A DNA stretch of 64,000 bases from Nemertoderma westbladi. Its lineage: Eukaryota; Animalia; Xenacoelomorpha. Position numbers and translations under genes: made by a program. The DNA is taken from assembly GCA_032718475.1 (NCBI GenBank), contig JAUCBJ010007040.1:1-64000 (forward strand). The letters are read 5' to 3'. The notes beneath the pieces were generated by a model, which made no database searches, was not told the origin of the DNA, and saw only the letters and a program-made list of their open reading frames with translations. Below are positions 1 to 13,240 of the stretch, piece by piece (position 1 is the first letter of the stretch; the number at the start of each line of letters is the position of its first letter).

Positions 1-99
1 TGTTGTTTTTTTTTATTGTTTGTATTTGTCTCAATCCAATATCAGCAATAAAAATCGTATTATCCAACCAAGTTAGATTTTTGCCGTTTGAAATATTTT

Positions 100-1258
100 G
101 CTACTTTTTCTGCGGTTACTGTTTTTCCAAATATTTGACTTGAATGCCGCTCCTAATTGGTATAGTTGTTGGTTGAAATTTTCGTTGCGATTAGATCGAT
201 GTAGTTTGTAGAGTACTAGAACTACAGTACGGAGTTAAATTGTATGTGGATGTTGTGTAGGATGTCGTTGATGTAGGTTTGTTAGTTTAAGAGCAAGGAT
301 GGAGGAAGATGATATGCAAGCCGAGGAATCGTTTGATGACGGTCATCTTAATTTTGTCGAGGTCTTTAATTTTGGCAAGATTAAAACGTATGGGCTGATT
401 TCAGTTAATGCGTATGTGGCAATGGAAGCGATTTTCATATTAAATAATTTAATTCCAGTATCTACAGATACCAGATGTAATTATGTTTTTGTGTCATATG
501 TTTTTCAAACAGCCGAGGTTTTATCGTATAGGGCTAGGCGGCCCCCGTTTCGGAATTTATCTGTTTTTGTTTTGATATGTTTACATCTAGGGAGTTTTGT
601 TTACAACTAGGCCTACAGTGTGAAGGTTGTCTACTCCATGCTGGATATATTTAGGGTTTGAAGAGTAGAAGGCCAGGTCGTCGGCGTAGAAAATACTTTT
701 CAGAAAGGCCAGACGAATACGTAAAGCATTAACTACAGTGGGTTACCAATGTAGATTATAAACCTCAGACAGTCTCCTTGTAAGAATCAAATAATCTGAC
801 GTATAGTCTTACAGAGACGGAGGCCATTGTACACCTGAACATAGTTAACTTTTAATAAAGATTTTATAAGATTATACATTTTCCCTTTGACACCAAAATC
901 ATTATATAATTTGTAGAGGAATATTCTCCGACTGGTTGAGTCAAACGCCTTTCGGAAGTCCTCAAAGACGACATAGGCTCTCCCATTGGAGTCTATATTA
1001 AACATTTATATCGGAGATCAGCTGGTGTATTGCACCCATTGTCGATTTTCCCGGAGTGTTTCCGAATTGCTCAGGCGGAATGAGAAGTAGAATTCCTTGT
1101 AAGAGGCGTTTTTTTATTAGAGAGGTGAAGATCTTGCGTATCACACTGAGTAATGCGATGCCACGGTAATTATCAGGGTTGGTAATGGGACCTTTCCCTT
1201 TGTACAAAATCTTGATTGTACTGTATGTACATCCAGGCTTGTGGGATGGAACCCACAT
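100..1258 (-). pseudogene. Degenerate LINE reverse transcriptase fragment
   Basis: Minus-strand pieces contain RT motifs: KGKGPITNPDNYRGIALLS...QFG (998-1258), DFRKAFDS (787-1005) and IFYADDLAF (~670-700). Frameshifted; boundaries approximate. Confidence 0.8.
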
Positions 1259-2382
1259 CTAAACATGCGTTATACATGTATATGTATATAATAAAATATA
1301 TGTAATATGAAAGGAAGAGCTTTCTTTAAGTGCTCGTAATATACAGTAATATATGAGAAACCACACTGCAGTTTCTCTGTGTATACGTAGTTTCAATATA
1401 ATGACCTAAAGAAGCCCTAACTGCCTAATAGGGGAAAGCTTGCATTTTGCTACGGTAACGAGAGCGCGAGAATTCCTTCTTAAAAACTAAGAAAGGCTTT
1501 CAACTTTCGAGTAAGATAGAGATAGAACGGCTGCTACAGTCTTGTGTTTTTTTTTAACTCAATACTGTAGAGATATTCAAATATCCCCTGCCCCTGGCGT
1601 TTTCTATTTGAGCATATTTTAAATGTTTGCCTGATATTCAATTGATGTGTACCGCCTTCTGGCAAAGCGCCACGCAGTTTAAACTATCAATCACAGCTAG
1701 CGAGTAGCGACCCACGGACGGCGACCTTCAAATAAACAGGTGCATTGCCGGAAAGAACTGTCGTTGGCTTTGCTTGGCTTGTGGTACAATTTGATTACAT
1801 AATAGATTTTGGCAGACTGGGCGGTCCTTCTTACCATACGCACTGCGCACCTACAATGCCTAAAAAATCTATGGGAACAGCCAATTAGTGATCTCGTAGT
1901 ATCATTTCTCTTTATTCCTGCCGCTACATATCTTTATTCTTTACTTTGTATAAGTTATACACAATAGCACAAAGCTACCAACGTTTTAACACCAGCAGTG
2001 CGGCAAAGAAGGGCTAGTTGTCCTTTGAAATGCATGGGTAAAGGAATTCGGCGTTCACATTCCTAAGGCCCTGTGGGCTAATCAGATTTAATAAGTACTA
2101 TACATTAATATAGATAGGGCAACAGACAACTGTCTAAAATCATTATACATATTTCATTAATAAATAATAAGTCTGCTGGCAGACCTGTGTGTGTAAACCA
2201 CACAATAACAGCTACTCTAGTTATCGACAATCAATGAGCTGTAGAGACATTATTAGTTTAACTCATTGGAGCTACTGTAAAGTATAAGGAGGTTGAAATG
2301 ATTCGCCAACGGTTCGCCAAACGTTCTATCTCAGAATAAAAGCCAGACATTTCTGAGAGGAGTAAAATTGTGTGCCAGACGT

Positions 2383-3951
2383 ACTACTACTAGGATCGGC
2401 ATGCTGCATTGCAGCTGCATTTTTAATAATGCTGTGCCGGCTTGAGGACAAAATTGCGCCGCCACAACTTCCTATCAGCCATGACATTTGCTATAATCAT
2501 CCGCATCTTCAAGGCCAGTGTCCTTTAAGATGCGTCTCAAGAAAGTCATGGGCTGTCCACCATGCTTATTCACTCCATGAGGCTGCCAAAGTACAAGATT
2601 ATGCACTGGCTGGTCCTCACGGCGAAAGCAATGTCCTGCAAAGCGGAGGCGATTTTGTTCTAGTGTCAAACTTGGGGGAACCAATGAGACACCTCCAATG
2701 TTATATAGTGTCTGGTTGGAGATGTGTGCATTGCACTTGACACAATGAACCCGGCGTAGTATTCTTGTGAATGTGCCATCCAGAGATTTGGTGTCCTTAG
2801 CAGTTAGAGCCCAGCATGGACTCCCGTAGAGGAGTACTGGAACTACGCCCCATAACACTTCAAATGGTTCTGTGTCACCGTCAGATATTTGGTCTATTTT
2901 GTCCAATGCTGGATGTGCAGTTGGATTCTTCAATAGACCAATTCGACAATTGCCACTATCATCTGCTGAAACGAGGGCGAGTCGCCAACCGCCCCCATGT
3001 CCTTAATCAGAACCTCATCAGTCTGTCCAGTCTGCATTCGGTGCTCTTGAATACCCACTGCGCTAGGAGAAAGCTTATCTGCCAAGGCAGTCAGCTCACC
3101 TTGTCGCATTGGGGACCCGAGTGTTAGAGTGTTTACTGAGGCTAGTCTAGTGATTTGCCTCAGATTCACCAATGGCTTTGTTGGTCGGGGTGGAACATCA
3201 GAGTAGCATCCAACTCCAGAATCCCTCTCCCCCTCACAATCTGGCCTCCCTGGTGACCCATGGTTTGGGCCAGAAAGGTCATCAGGAATGGGACTCAACG
3301 AATTGTTCAATTGTTGGCTGCTCTCTCTCCAGTAGGGGGTGAGACAGGCAGCCGGTCAGGAGATAACTGACGCCTGTGAGGCCGATTGTGTCCGGTAATT
3401 ACACTGGCCTCTAGTGGCCGGACTTCCGCATTACTAATCTAATCCATAGTGGGCGTTGGGGGTGCTTTTTTTGCAGAGTCAGCTCTCGGGGCAAATACTA
3501 CATCCTGGTTTGCCATTCCACAGGGTGGGTGTCGCAGTGGAGTCAGATATCAGGCGGCATCACCCATATCTACTCTGGCGCACATGACCCACCATTGGCT
3601 GTGCAGCTCATCTGCTAGGTCAAGCCCTGTACCCCTGCTGCCAGGTGCAGGTCGCAGTGAAGTGCACTCAGAGTGGACATGAGAACACTCTACTCCTGAC
3701 CAACCACTGGTAGATCACCATCTGCCTGGCCAGGCCATATACAACTGCAGCCAAGTATGTGTTCTTAATCCAGGACCAAGGGCGTCCTTATCCCAGAACG
3801 AATGGGGTCCTAGTTACAGGACCAGATTTTCCCTAGTAAGAGGGTCTATGCAGCTACAGGTGGGACCTCCTTTATGCTGCATGGAGGTTGCAAGTTTTCT
3901 TGATCAATAACCTATAATATCTGACCTGAACCTGACCAGATCTGACTGACC
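2383..3951 (-). mobile_element. Internally deleted non-autonomous RTE-clade LINE
   Basis: The 3' ~470 bp closely match the end of the RTE copy at 56210-56666, including the (TAG)n tail. The 5' part has a UTR and an APE endonuclease N-terminus (LASVNTLTL...VGIQEHR). Flanked by ~59-bp direct repeats at 2324-2382 and 3952-4010. Confidence 0.9.
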
Positions 3952-4939
3952 TTCTGTCTCAGAATAAAAGCCAGACATTTCTGAGAGGAGTACATTGTGT
4001 GCCAAGACGTGCGTTCGCGAGAGGTACAGGGGAAAATGATTTGTACGCCAGACATTCATGATAGGTTCGGGGTTCAAACGAATTGTGCTCCTGGCATTCG
4101 GTAATCAGCATTCTTCAGGCATTCGCCACTATGACGTTTCATTTTCGAAAGCTGGGAGCATGCTGAAGATGTTCGGATCCCGAAAGCGCCACGCATTAGC
4201 CGCGTTTACTGGGAAAACACAAATACCAACACATTCCGAAAGCCCGCAATTATGGTGTCTCTAAAGAGTCAAAATATATAATATATGTCTGTCTGTCTGT
4301 CTTATGGTTTTCATGTCTGAATTTAGGACTGAAATAAATTCTACTACTGTCTGACTGTAATATGTAGGTACTGTAGGCCTACAGTTATTTTTTAAATGCA
4401 ATCAATATGTCTATCATTTTCTTAATTTCTCTTCGTTAGTTCTGAAATTTTGTAATCCCAATAAAGAATTCAAAATACAAATAATTTTAAATTTTGTTAA
4501 AAAAATTTATCTTTTTGAAAAAATTTTAAATTAAAAAAAAATTTTTTTTTGCTTACATGTTTTTTTTTAAATTTTGCAAAAAAATTTTTAAAATACAGTA
4601 GTTCATGAACAATATAAATAGTTTCAAAGTGTTGAAAGTTGTATAAAATGCCGAATAACATTGAGCTTATTAATTAATATTTTCCATTTTTTTAATAATC
4701 GCTTATTATAACCGCTATTAATTAAAATTATTTTGCTACCCGATTCACCTTCACATAAATCGCTATAACTTTTTTTTGGAAATAGATATTGAGACACCGT
4801 TTTTTTTGTTAAAATCTCTGGACAATTCTGCATCTCATAGGCCTAATAACTCAAAATCGACCTCCGGTGACATAAGGTCCCTTTTCTCGTGGCCAGCCAC
4901 ATATTAATAAAAACCTCGATGAAACAATAAAGATACCTA

Positions 4940-5520
4940 CAAGAAAATACTGCAGTAATAAATATTAGTTACTGCAGTAACATATAATTATTTCTGCAGT
5001 AACAAATATTTATTACTGCAGTAATAACAATTTTTTTTAATGCAGTAACAATTTTTTTTAATGCAGTAACAATTTTTTTTTAATGCAGTAACAATTTCTT
5101 ATATTACTGGCAGTAGAACATTTTTTTTTTGTTATTACTGCAGTAACAAATATTTATTACTGCAGTAATAACAATTTTTTTAATGCAGTAACAATTTTTT
5201 TTAATGCAGTAACAATTTTTTTTAATGCAGTAACAATTTCTTATATTACTGGCAGTAGAACATTTTTTTTTGTTATTACTGCAGTAACAAATATTTACTA
5301 CTACTGTATTATTTATTACTGCAGTAATAAATATTTATTAATGTAGTAACAAATATTAATAAATTATTAAATAAATACATAAAAAATTATACTGCAGTAA
5401 CGATAATAATATTTACTGCAGATAAAGACAATTTTTTTTATTTCTGCAGTAATTTGTTACTGCAGTAATAATTAATTAATTCTTACCGTACTGTACTAAC
5501 AAATATTTATTACTGCAGTA
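4940..5520. repeat. AT-rich complex minisatellite built on (t)actgcagtaa
   Basis: Many copies of the palindromic core ACTGCAGT/TGCAGTAAC separated by A/T runs, with a higher-order period of ~143 bp (4996, 5140, 5281). Confidence 0.85.
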
Positions 5521-6584
5521 TTTTTGGAGGCATTTTTATTGTTTCATAGAGGTTTTTATTACTTATATTACTTATACTGTAAGTTGACCCTTTAGTCAAA
5601 GTCAATATACCCCATACCATACCCAGCTTCAGACAGGACTGTATGAAATGGCTGACAGTACAGGACTTCGAGCTACTGTACTTTGAAATATTTGAGGACA
5701 CTTTGTCATTTCTTGGACCATTTTAGAACTTTGAGACACTTTTAGTTCTTTGAGAAAATCTCGAAGAACAGATGCACTTTGAGACCCCGACTGTACTACT
5801 GAAATAGACTCAAGATCAACAATAGGGTAAATATTCGTGTGGTTGGTGGGGTCACTTTCATAGGCGGGGTTCAGTTGTGCATAAAATATCAGAGGCAGAC
5901 AGTCTTCAATGAAATATTGTAAATCATGGGGGGGGGGGGGGGGGGGGTAATTTCCTAAGGGGAAATTTTTTCCGAGGAAAATTTGCCCGGTGGGATTTTT
6001 CTTAGGTAAATATGCCCCCACGAGCACATTTTATGGGGGGCATATTTTTGGGTTTGACTTTTCCGCGTAGGTGTAGGCTACGCGTAGGCAATGGAATACA
6101 GTTTCGCGTAGGTAAAGTTTTGCGTAGACAACCAATGAATGAATCGAACTACTGTAGAGCTCTTCTAAGAGTCAGAGACGGATGTCATTGACATTGACAT
6201 TGACATTGAGGTCAATTCAAATATGCTCAATCCAACAAACAACATAAAGTTGTTCGGCAGTTTGGTGTGTTATGTTATGATAGTGGAGTACAGCAGCCTT
6301 TGAGTCAGGCAGTACTGCAATGATGTACACATGTAATCTATCTATCTTAGGCGATCCTATGACGACGGAACCGAGGAAGCACATCTCTGCCCCTCCAGCA
6401 TATGTAACCAGGTATAGCACATTCTTTTTAGCACAAGTCGAAATGATGCGACCATCGTGTTAGGCGAACTTACAGTATATAACTTTCAAAAGGACTTACC
6501 TTACTACAGCTTTGCAACGCATTCAGATCAGAATCATTCAAAAGCGCAATAATTTTTATTGTCCGTTTAAATTACTAATGATGT

Positions 6585-6785
6585 CCTTTTTTTTACTTTT
6601 TATGTCCTCCAGAAATTTACCGTTAGGTTCCATGCTACCGGTTTCTCTACTGCTGTTCTCTCAGGCTATCAGTACCGGTATTAGTTTTTTTTTTACTTTT
6701 TATGTCCTCCAGAAATTTACCGTTAGGTTCCATGCTACCGGTTTCTCTACTGCTGTTCTCTCACGCTATCAGTACCGGTATTAGT
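6585..6785. repeat. ~100-bp tandem duplication
   Basis: ttttactttttatgtcctccagaaatttaccgttagg...tatcagtaccggtattag is present twice, nearly identical. Confidence 0.9.
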
Positions 6786-6944
6786 ATATAGAGCACTATT
6801 TTGCAGTATTGCGCTGTATTGTATGTACAGATGTAAAGCAGGTATTTTAGGTATTTTAGTACCGGTTCCAGCACCGGTACTGCTGTAGGCCTATTGTGTA
6901 GCCTACCATTTAAATACGGTAATGGTAGGCCTACCGGCTGACCG

Positions 6945-7545
6945 GTTGTTTTGGTTAGAAAATCCCGCCTCTGTAACCTGCTCCTTTCCCTAATTTGGTA
7001 AAGTGACCGTTTATTGTTTTGGTTAGAAAGGCCCACCTCTGTAACCTGCTCCTTTCCTTAATTTTGTAAAGTGACTGTTTATTGTTTGGTTAGAAAATCC
7101 CGCCTCTGTAACCTGCCCCTTTCCCTCAATTAGTTAAATGATCGTTTATTGTTTTTGGTTAGAAAATCCCGCCTCTGTAACCTGTCTCCTTTCCCTCAAT
7201 TAGTTAAGTGATCGTTTATTGTTTTGGTTAGGAAATCCCGCCTCTGTAACCTGCTCCTTTCTCTCAATTGGTAATGTCATCGTTTATTGTTTTGGTTAGA
7301 AAAGACCATCTATGTAACCTGCTCCTTCCCTTCATTTGGTAAAGTGATTGTTTATTGTTTTGGTTAGAAAATCCCGCCTCTGTAACCTGCTCCTTTCCCT
7401 GATTTGGTAAAGTGACCGTTTATTGTTTTGGTTAGAAAGGCTAACCTCTGTAAGCTGCTCCTTTCCTTCATTTGGTAAAGTGACTGTTTATTGTTTTGGT
7501 TAGAAAATCCGGCCTTAACCTGCTCCTTTCCATCAATTGGTAATT
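6945..7545. repeat. ~68-bp minisatellite, ~9 copies
   Basis: Unit approximately gttttggttagaaaatcccgcctctgtaacctgctcctttccctaatttggtaaagtgaccgtttatt, head-to-tail. Confidence 0.95.
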
Positions 7546-9170
7546 GTTTTTGGCTATAGAATGAGTGTTTTGCTACGTCATGTGGTAATCGATTATCGAC
7601 AACAACCACAAACTATTAAATTTAGAGTCTTTTACCACAGGCGCATATGGAAATCTAGTCTCTAGTCTATAAATCATGGAATTTTGAATGTTTTGGCACA
7701 GGCATAGTGAAACCAACTGTCCGACAGACCAGAAATCAACAAATTTTGAATGTTTTGGCATAGGCATGTTGAAATCAACTGTCTGACAGTCCAGAAATCA
7801 GCAGTCTGACAGTTCGAAGAAATACATACATAAAAAGTCATTAAAAGGACAACAAAAGTCATTAAAGGGACAACAAAAGTCATTATGCACAATTCGTAAA
7901 AAAAGGAGGACAAAAAAGTCAAATAAAAGGACATAAAAAATCACTGCCATTCAAAAGTCCAAGGTCAGCCATAACCCAAGTACATAATACTGATGTAGTA
8001 GTTACTACAACAGTACAGTATTGTTGTACTTGCAGTCCATACAGGTAATACTGTACTCACAATCGCAGTCCTCCTAACTCTGACAACTTATTCCAATTGC
8101 TTATTGCCATTCACTAAATGAGACTATTATATTAAATAACAACATAAAATTAATAACATAAACATAAAATTACTACGTACAGTACATTGCATGTTAAATA
8201 AAGTGGAACATATTAGTTAATAATGTGCTCTCGATTCTTTATTAACCTCGATCTGCGCTCGGTAATTAAAATATCTCGAGTATTGTCAAAATAATATTCT
8301 ACATTATTTTACCATGCAATAAATAATTATTACTTTTAAAGCATTGTAAAGGTAATGACAAATGACACTAAATATAAAAATAGCTAGGTAATCGGAATCC
8401 TCCCACATATGAGTTGGCAATGGTTATCCAATATCCATTGAGTACCTGAGCGTGATTCGCGCAACCCTGAGATCTGATCTTTCTGCATTCTGAGAAGCTA
8501 TGGCGAATCTTTAAATTATAATAATTGTAAAAAATAACACTATTTTATTTAATACTCCACCATGCATGTCGGTATGGCCCTGTATTGCATCGGTACCGGT
8601 ATTTCGTGCACAGATGATACCAAACAACTTCATATCTGTATACGCGTAGCCTACGCGTAGGTTACGCATAGTCTCCCCTACACCTATGCGGAAAAGTCAA
8701 ACCCCTGGCAGCCTGGTGCTTACTACAACTCTACAAGTTACACTGTCTGACGTACAGTCATACTACAGCTGTACAGTACTGCAGTACAGCAGTAAGCCTA
8801 CTGGCTCATTCATACCACTCTGCCACTGTAACATTGCACATACCGGTACTGCTGTATTGTCATACCACAGCCTGACTGCCGGACATCCTACTTCAGTACT
8901 TACAGCCTTACACCCTTACAAGTACCGGTACACGTACTGACGTACAGTAGTACACCTGTACACTGCTGCACTGTACATACAGACTGACAGATTTACTGGT
9001 ACCACTGTACCAGCTTACCTGCTTATACTAGTCAGCCATCCCCTGATCCCGTAGAGTGTAGACTACATCTACGCTATAACTGTATAACGCATAACGGCAG
9101 AACGGTAGGCCTAGCATTCGATCTTCTGCAGTTACCCTGTAAACAATCGCTTCATCATACTGTCATAACT

Positions 9171-10370
9171 ATGTCCCATCGTAAATTCTCCGCTCCCCGT
9201 CACGGTTCACTTGGTTTTTTGCCACGTAAGCGATGCAAACGCCACCGAGGCAAAGTGAAGGCGTTCCCTAAAGACAACCAGAGTAAACCCTGTCATCTAA
9301 CCTCATACATTGCCTACAAAGCCGGAATGACGCACATAGTGCGAGAGGTAGATAGACCGGGATCAAAGGTGAACAAGAAGGAGGTTGTGGAAGCTGTTAC
9401 TGTGCTGGACGCCCCTCCAATGGTCGTGGTAGGTGTAGTTGGATACATTCGTACTCCTAAAGGTCTGAGAATCCTTAAGACCATCTGGGCTGAACATCTC
9501 ACTGACGAATGTCGTCGGCGATTCTACAGACGATGGGGCACCTCAAAGAAGAAGGCCTTCACGAAAGCCTGTAAGAAATGGCAGGACGCAACTGGGAAAT
9601 GTGAGATCGATAGAGATCTCCGTTTGATGAAGAAGTATTGCAGTGTTATCCGAGTGCTGGCACACACGCAGCCGAGAAAGACTCCACTAGAGATGAAGAA
9701 AGCCCACATAATGGAGATACAAGTAAACGGAGGTACAGTGGAGGATAAAGTGAAATGGGCACATGAAATGTTTGAGAAAGAGTTCCCTATCGATAAGGTA
9801 TTCGCTCAGGACGAAATGATTGATGTCATTGGTGTTACAAAGGGGCACGGGTTCAAAGGCGTGACGTCACGATGGGGGACTAAGAAACTTCCGCGGAAGA
9901 CGCACAAGGGGCTCCGCAAGGTGGCGTGCATCGGAGCCTGGCACCCCGCCCGTGTGGCGTTCTCAGTGGCGAGGGCCGGGCAGAAAGGATATCACCACCG
10001 CACGGAGATGAATAAGAAGATCTACCGGATCGGATTGGGGAAACAAGTTGATAAAGAGAAGGGGAACGCCACTACCGAGTACGATACCACGGTTAAGGGG
10101 ATCACCCCACTGGGTGGATTCCCTCACTACGGGGAGCTTCGTAATGATTACCTCATGCTTAAGGGGTGCGTGATGGGCACTAAAAAGCGGCCAATTACCT
10201 TGCGAAAGTCGCGGTTAACACCAACATCGAGACGCGATAAAGAAGCGATCACTCTTAAGTTCATTGACACTTCCAGTAAGTTTGGCCACGGTAGGTTCCA
10301 AACCAAAGAGGAGAAGAGGAGTTTTATGGGCACGTTGAAAAAAGACAGGATTGGAGTTACGCAGGCCTAA
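9171..10370 (+). CDS. RPL3: 60S ribosomal protein L3 (uL3), intronless ORF, 399 aa
   Basis: [22 protein letters not shown]-terminus, [21 protein letters not shown] and [16 protein letters not shown] are all conserved eukaryotic L3 motifs. AATAAA overlaps the stop codon. Confidence 0.98.
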   Translation: MSHRKFSAPRHGSLGFLPRKRCKRHRGKVKAFPKDNQSKPCHLTSYIAYKAGMTHIVREVDRPGSKVNKKEVVEAVTVLDAPPMVVVGVVGYIRTPKGLRILKTIWAEHLTDECRRRFYRRWGTSKKKAFTKACKKWQDATGKCEIDRDLRLMKKYCSVIRVLAHTQPRKTPLEMKKAHIMEIQVNGGTVEDKVKWAHEMFEKEFPIDKVFAQDEMIDVIGVTKGHGFKGVTSRWGTKKLPRKTHKGLRKVACIGAWHPARVAFSVARAGQKGYHHRTEMNKKIYRIGLGKQVDKEKGNATTEYDTTVKGITPLGGFPHYGELRNDYLMLKGCVMGTKKRPITLRKSRLTPTSRRDKEAITLKFIDTSSKFGHGRFQTKEEKRSFMGTLKKDRIGVTQA

Positions 10371-10948
10371 ATAAAGTGTCTGGGACTTTCGGTTAACTCT
10401 CATTGTAAATGAAACCTTTGTTATTGGTTGCCTGTAGTTTGGATTACTTTATTTAATGGATAAATGTTATCCTTTCTGTGCAGCTGTAAAATATAGGTTG
10501 GAATAATGGCAATTATTAACATAATGGCAAATTATATACATATAATTTTATATATTGGGCTGCTTGGGTGGTTGGTTTTAATGGTGAAACAGGAAATAAG
10601 TAATTTTGTTACAATGAGATTGATTACTTTACATTAGTAAGAATTAATTCTCATAATTAATATTTCCTTCCTTACAGTTAGTTGTAATCCCGCCCATAAA
10701 GAGTCATAAAATTTGATAAGAATAAATCATGTAATTATTTTAGTTCAATATAACAACATAACACAGATGTCGCCTCCCCTTTCAAGATCAACTATACTGC
10801 AAGTGCCCCCCCCCCCCCCCCCCCCCACCCCCTTCTGCCGGGTATTCTATCATAGTAATTTGTCTGGTGAGGTGAAGTAGACACTGATAACGCTAAGGAC
10901 CGAATGCCCCAGGACATAAAATTTACACTGGGTTCACTATAGAGACCT

Positions 10949-11085
10949 ATGCATACATATCCAACCACATACTATATAACATTAGAGGCTCGAACATAGC
11001 CGCCTCCGCTTCGCAGGACATTGCTTTCGCCCTCAGGACCAGTCTGTGCGCAATCTTTTACTTTGGCATCCTCATCGAATAAAAG
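10949..11085 (+). mobile_element. Short decayed RTE fragment
   Basis: atgcatacatatccaaccacatactatataacattagagg...cgcctccgcttcgcaggacattgctttcgcc aligns to 56323-56480 of the RTE copy. Confidence 0.75.
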
Positions 11086-12849
11086 TAAGGTGGAGAACAG
11101 CCCATGACTTTCTTAAGATGCCTCTTAAAGTCAGTATTTTTCTTCATTTTAATCATTTACTAACCTGCATCAATGGAATTATTATTACTGCAATACTTAC
11201 TTTTTGCCAATGGGGTTTCAGAATTTTTTCAAGGGTAGGGTGTGGGGGGCCGCATGTTAGATTGCCGGGGGCCGAAAATCCATAATCCGCCCCTACGGGT
11301 AGGAGCTATCGAAAGAGGAGCCTTAGTGTCTCAGAAATATGGTATATACTTATCATGGCCCCTAAATCCGGGGAAGAGTCCCGGTCGAGTGTATGATACG
11401 AGTTGATGGGAATAAATAGTCAAGGCGTCCTAAACTATAGGCCATGCAGGAGTTTACTAGCTAACTTGAGGGCTTACTGTAGATTTCATAGCAAACACAA
11501 GGGAAATTTCAGGTAAATCGAAAAATCAAACATTTCGTGAAAATTTGAACCAATGTTTCATTTTTATTTTTGTTCTTCCAAAGCATGCTATCAATTTTTT
11601 TACTGTTTAGATATTCTAGAACTATGAGGTGAGTCAATCTAGCCAAAAAACGGTGTCAACCCACCAAATTTGCAATTCATCCAAACCAATATTTTTTTAT
11701 TCTACATTACCTTGTTAATACCCCTAAAAAGTATATAAAAATATTTTATGAGGATCACATTCAAATTCCTGTTTCTTTCCTTAGCAACATGGATTTTACA
11801 TAGCAACAAGGGTCTATTGCTGTGATTTTCTCCAAATTTGGTACAGACAAATTTACTCTAATGACTGTCGATTGACTGAAGTATGCACTTCTACATAATC
11901 ACCAGTTTAGTTTCCAGAGCAACGGAAATTTATCTAATCATTTAACCATTTTTAATACCAAATTTGCTGGTCAATATAGGGAGCTTATTTACACAACTTC
12001 CCTACCAAATCAATCAAATAATCAATCAATAGAGCAATCACAAATTATTTTGTGCAAAACCTTCGCTAACATTAATGGAAGTGATGAAATTTCCTTGCCG
12101 TGCATTTATTTGTATAATTTTTTTATTCCAAAATTGTAACTTTACTCAACGCCGTTAGTATTAACAGCGAGTTGTTATTTAGCACTTTACAACTTTTAAG
12201 GACATTTACAGCATTGTATTGGCCTGTACATTTAGTATTGTATTTGGTGTTATCCGTTAAGTAATGTCCCGTTAGCGGACATTACTTAACGCCGACATTG
12301 GTTACCACGTAAACAATGGGTGGTATTTGCCTGACAGCCAAATAGGCCCACTGCATTACCTACCGGTAGGCGGGGTGTAGCTATTAATAACCAGTAGGGC
12401 CTAGCTATATTATTATAACATGGCTCCAATCGCCACCATAGGCCTACAGTAATATACTCTATAAGCTAACTTACAGTATTTATAACATAATTTATGTCAT
12501 TTTGACATTTATTTATACAGTAATTTAATTTGTGCAGTTTCTAACACTTATAATATACTGTATGTATATACACCATGACCCGTAGTGTCATTTTCTGATG
12601 ACACGGACCACCCCCCCCCCCCCCCCCCAGATTTTTCTACAAATCTTTATCATATTACTTGAACTTTAAAACACAACTACAGTAGTTCCACTCACCGTCG
12701 TTGACCCCATGAAGCCGGAATTTCCGATTTTTTTGCCTTAAAAATTTTTTTATAGGCGTTTTAAAAAAGTGTATTTTGCGAACTCGCACCCTCCGTATCG
12801 TGGCCATTATTCACATTAGTCGTACTTTTTTCCTATCCTTGAAAGGTTA

Positions 12850-13240
12850 CGTTGCAAGGATTCAAATTATGTAACATTTGTATTATCATATGTATTATTT
12901 CTGAATTTCGTTGAGAAACAGCTGAGATATAGGCTTTCAAAGATTGCAAGAACGATCATTCGCTGTAGGCCATTTATTCTATTTAATAAATACACAAAAT
13001 TCTAGAACGTGTTATTTATTTTATGAGTTGGTGGGCAACAGCGGTATTCCTATCCAATATCTCTATTGCGTAGCTATTCATACTTTAACAAAATGTTCCA
13101 GAACATTGTGTATTTATTAAATAGAATAAATGGCATCTAGCGAACGATAATTCTTGCAATCTTTGAACACCTACAGGTATATCTCAGCTGTTTCTCAACG
13201 AAATTCAGATATTTTAACATATTTCGAATCCTTGCAACGC
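12850..13240. repeat. Long inverted repeat (MITE/fold-back-like)
   Basis: Arms of ~150 bp, e.g. ctgaatttcgttgagaaacagctgagatat (12901) versus atatctcagctgtttctcaacgaaattcag (13179), separated by a ~90-bp spacer. Confidence 0.85.

Larger units (their letters stand above)
6050..8707. mobile_element. Non-autonomous TIR DNA transposon (hAT-like ends) carrying internal tandem repeats
   Basis: gggtttgacttttccgcgtaggtgtag at 6050 is the reverse complement (1 mismatch) of ctacacctatgcggaaaagtcaaaccc ending at 8704. The right end reads CAGGGG on the minus strand and there are subterminal cgcgtag repeats at both ends. No transposase ORF; TSD not recognised. Confidence 0.65.

Noticed and set aside
3310-3951. 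HDV-like or hammerhead ribozyme in the RTE 5' UTR
   Set aside because: Plausible for the clade, but I could not assemble the required helices or catalytic core by eye; this needs a descriptor search.
6945-7545. Regularly spaced repeats as a possible CRISPR array (also 46324-46920 and 62060-62600)
   Set aside because: Units are head-to-tail with no unique spacers, there are no cas genes, and the context is eukaryotic.
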